The translations under genes and the position numbers were made by a program. Positions 6,736 to 8,497 of a DNA stretch of 8,497 bases are shown here, in pieces. The stretch is taken from positions 1-8,497 of the forward strand of contig JAWBON010000049.1 of the NCBI GenBank assembly GCA_038826135.1, written 5' to 3'. Position 1 is the first letter of the stretch, and each line of letters opens with the position of its first letter. The notes under the pieces are model-generated. The model saw only the letters and a program-made list of their open reading frames with translations. It did not search any database and was not told the origin of the DNA. The stretch comes from Candidatus Odinarchaeota archaeon. Lineage in GTDB: Archaea > Asgardarchaeota > Odinarchaeia > Odinarchaeales > Odinarchaeaceae.

Positions 6736-7107
6736 ATGTCTGATGAAGAAATACTAGAAGAGTTGAAAAAGATACGTGCAGTTCTTGAACCTAAACCAGC
6801 CCCTCCACCGCCTAAACCTAAGAATCTTGTAGAAGAATTCAAAATGTTCATAGCTAAATACAAGATTTTAGGGCTCGCTGTCGCCTTCGTCATGGCTATC
6901 TACGTCGGTAATTTGATTCAAGCATTAGTCAACTCGTTCATTCTCCCGATCGTGAACTTTGTTCTACCGCCAGGTATCGGCTGGGAGACGTGGGCTATAG
7001 GACCGTTTACTATTGGTCTTTTCCTCAGCGCGTTGATAACATTCATCATCGTGATGTTCGTTATCTTCCTGATGGTTAAACTAACCTCAAGGCTTGGCAT
7101 AGAATAA
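6736..7107 (+). CDS. mscL: Large-conductance mechanosensitive channel MscL family protein (atypical, N-terminally extended)
   Basis: The ATG at 6736 has GGGGA 6 nt upstream and is preferred over TTG 6730. The 123-aa product has the S1 helix EEFKMFI (F7/F10 equivalents), TM1 LAVAFVMAIYVGNLIQALVNSFILP, and TM2 GLFLSALITFIIVMFVIFLMVK (G.FL.A.I.F.I..F.IF...K pattern). Confidence 0.88.
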   Translation: MSDEEILEELKKIRAVLEPKPAPPPPKPKNLVEEFKMFIAKYKILGLAVAFVMAIYVGNLIQALVNSFILPIVNFVLPPGIGWETWAIGPFTIGLFLSALITFIIVMFVIFLMVKLTSRLGIE

Positions 7108-7113
7108 AAAGCC

Positions 7114-7130
7114 TATTTCTTTATTTTTTT
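7114..7130 (+). terminator. Oligo-T (archaeal-type) terminator of mscL
   Basis: TATTTCTTTATTTTTTT begins 7 nt after the mscL TAA and ends in a T7 run at 7124-7130. Confidence 0.5.
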
Positions 7131-7233
7131 AATTATTGGGTTAATTTTTTAAGATATTAATTAGTAATAGCTGGTTTAATAATATCTGGTTTTAACTATT
7201 AGTAGGGTAAAGAATTATTATGCGTTTTTAGTT

Positions 7234-7290
7234 AAATGTTACTGTTCGCGAATTTGACGTGATGCTAGTTTAGCGAGCTGAAAAGCTTTT
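7234..7290 (+). ncRNA. Candidate box C/D-like small RNA or k-turn element
   Basis: ATGTTA (7236-41, poor C box), 12 nt, TTGA (7254-57, D'), C, GTGATG (7259-64, C'), 13 nt, CTGA (7278-81, D), then a T-run. I counted 42% GC in 7241-7290 against 21% in 7111-7230. Confidence 0.25.
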
Positions 7291-7296
7291 TACGTG

Positions 7297-8214
7297 TTAT
7301 TTTCCGGTTTTTCTCTCGTATTCTAGTATTTTACTGCATATTAGTCCGCGCCTGTATTTTACTCCTTTACAGTCTTCGATTTTATAGCTGGAAGGGTCTA
7401 GTTTACACTTGGATTTGAGAGTTGGGTCGTAGTATTCGCAGATGTTTTCTTTTGAAGTGTGTTTTAATAATAGGGCTGTGATTCTTTCATCGCTCTGGTT
7501 TAGGCTTAAAAGTTTGCCTGTTTCTAAGCTGATTAATTGGAGGCTTTCTTTATGCTTGTATGTTACGGCCATGGCTCCTAGTATTGTGAATGGTATGATG
7601 AGGGCTAAACCTGTTACGAACCGGTAGGGGTAGAGTTGGTTTCCTGGTATGCTTATGATTAAAACTTCTATTAGGAGGCAGGTGACTGCTATGATCAGTA
7701 ACTCAAGTTTCGCTTTTAATAGTGGTGTTTGAGTTTTTCTATGAGCGGCGCCAGCTACTATTACCAGGCTTATTACTACTAGTGAGAACAGAGTGTTTGC
7801 TATCGTTAGTGATAGTTCCGCATTCGGTAAACCTGTTACTGTCCAGTCGAGGTAATCGTAGAATTTGAATATAAAGATTGTAGCGCAGACTATTATTATG
7901 AGAAGGCCTGTTTTCACATTCGCCGGGTTGAAATATATTTTTGCCATGCCGTATATTAGAGTTAACACGCCGATGAGGATTAAAACCGTGTAGATTAGGT
8001 TTGCGGTTGCGTAAACCGGGCTGGTTACTGGATAGAATAACTCTGTTGTTAACAGTGGCATTGCGATTGTTATTGTTAAGCTTAATGTGATGAAGCTTTT
8101 AGTTAAAGTGTTGAATCCTGAACGGCTTTGATAATACATGTATACTGTAGCAGCCAGCCACAGGATTGTCACTCCTATGATTGTGGGAAATAGTATGAAA
8201 GGTGGTTCCTGCAT
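7297..8214 (-). CDS. Hypothetical 7-TM membrane protein with cytoplasmic C-terminal four-Cys motif
   Basis: 305 aa ORF from ATG 8214 with GGAGA about 9 nt upstream. It has seven hydrophobic stretches within about residues 6-218, then a hydrophilic tail containing C259-x10-C270-x11-C282-x10-C293. I recognise no family. Confidence 0.8.
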   Translation of the reverse strand: MQEPPFILFPTIIGVTILWLAATVYMYYQSRSGFNTLTKSFITLSLTITIAMPLLTTELFYPVTSPVYATANLIYTVLILIGVLTLIYGMAKIYFNPANVKTGLLIIIVCATIFIFKFYDYLDWTVTGLPNAELSLTIANTLFSLVVISLVIVAGAAHRKTQTPLLKAKLELLIIAVTCLLIEVLIISIPGNQLYPYRFVTGLALIIPFTILGAMAVTYKHKESLQLISLETGKLLSLNQSDERITALLLKHTSKENICEYYDPTLKSKCKLDPSSYKIEDCKGVKYRRGLICSKILEYERKTGK

Positions 8215-8280
8215 TATTGTATCTCCGGCGCTTCTTATTATATTTTATCTTTTACTACGTTATTAATTTTTGCTGTTATA

Positions 8281-8497
8281 TGTCGTAATATATTTTTATT
8301 TATGGTATATTCTTAGTATAAATAATAAATATGTTATATTTTGATATTATTATCATAATATTTTAAATATTAGAATTTTACCTAATATTAATGAATTTAT
8401 TTTATAATAAATATATACTATTTAATTAATTTTTTATTAGATTATTAAAATTTGTGGTTAAGTATATTATTTTCTAAAAAAATACAATATTATCATT
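8281..8497. other. Extremely AT-rich non-coding tract
   Basis: I counted 23 G+C in 217 nt (about 11% GC). The ORF track shows no ORF here. Confidence 0.85.

Noticed and set aside
6639-7195. CTGG-T(n)-AA motifs flanking mscL in inverted orientation (6639-6650, 6691-6698, 7171-7179, 7186-7195) as mobile-element ends
   Set aside because: The shared core is only 6-7 nt in AT-rich DNA, there is no target-site duplication and no transposase.
7255-7296. Fluoride (crcB) riboswitch resemblance (GTGATG...GCTGA...TAC)
   Set aside because: The central AACCGC-type pseudoknot segment is missing, and there is no downstream plus-strand gene for it to control.
56-7627. Short ORFs in the track: 56-250, 467-727, 2023-2325, 2431-2628, 3157-3447, 3471-3671, 4225-4422, 4498-4971, 4797-4997, 5179-5394, 5515-5814, 6705-6893, 6918-7100, 7442-7627
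   Set aside because: All lie antisense to, or out of frame within, long ORFs that have recognisable family motifs. None shows a motif of its own, so they are typical shadow ORFs.
7297-8214. 7-TM protein as a microbial rhodopsin or heliorhodopsin
   Set aside because: There is no Lys in the middle of the seventh helix (YRFVTGLALIIPFTILGAMAVT), no DxxxK/SxxxK motif, and no RYxDW-like helix 3.
1-8497. CRISPR array, tRNA, rRNA, transposase or integrase
   Set aside because: I found no regularly spaced repeats, no cloverleaf with a T-loop GTTCRA in non-coding DNA, and no recombinase or transposase motifs.

Overview
This is an AT-rich, probably archaeal window; the lineage is inferred only from TATA-like promoters, an oligo-T terminator and protein style. 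It is devoted to membrane bioenergetics and ion homeostasis. On the minus strand, a Mg2+-type P-type ATPase (mgtA-like, 6623->4023) precedes the first four genes of a complex I / group 4 [NiFe]-hydrogenase-like operon: a NuoC-like subunit, a NuoL/MrpA/HyfD-like antiporter subunit, a HyfE-like subunit, and a HyfF/NuoN-like antiporter subunit. The last gene is missing from the ORF track because it runs off the left edge (708->1). Divergent from mgtA is an mscL gene. Convergent on mscL is an unknown 7-TM protein with a C-terminal 4-Cys motif, followed by a roughly 11% GC non-coding tail. The most unusual signals are: (1) an MscL that looks circularly permuted, with its cytoplasmic bundle helix moved to the N-terminus and a bulkier gate; (2) canonical charged residues replaced in all three membrane-arm subunits, including Lys->Asp in TM7 of the HyfF/NuoN-like subunit; (3) Glu->Asp in the TM4 ion site of the ATPase; (4) the orphan 7-TM/Cys4 protein; (5) non-coding structure, namely a perfect hairpin over a start codon, two motifs shared between operon spacers, and a box C/D-like element. 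Family calls rest on motifs recognised from memory; no searches were run.
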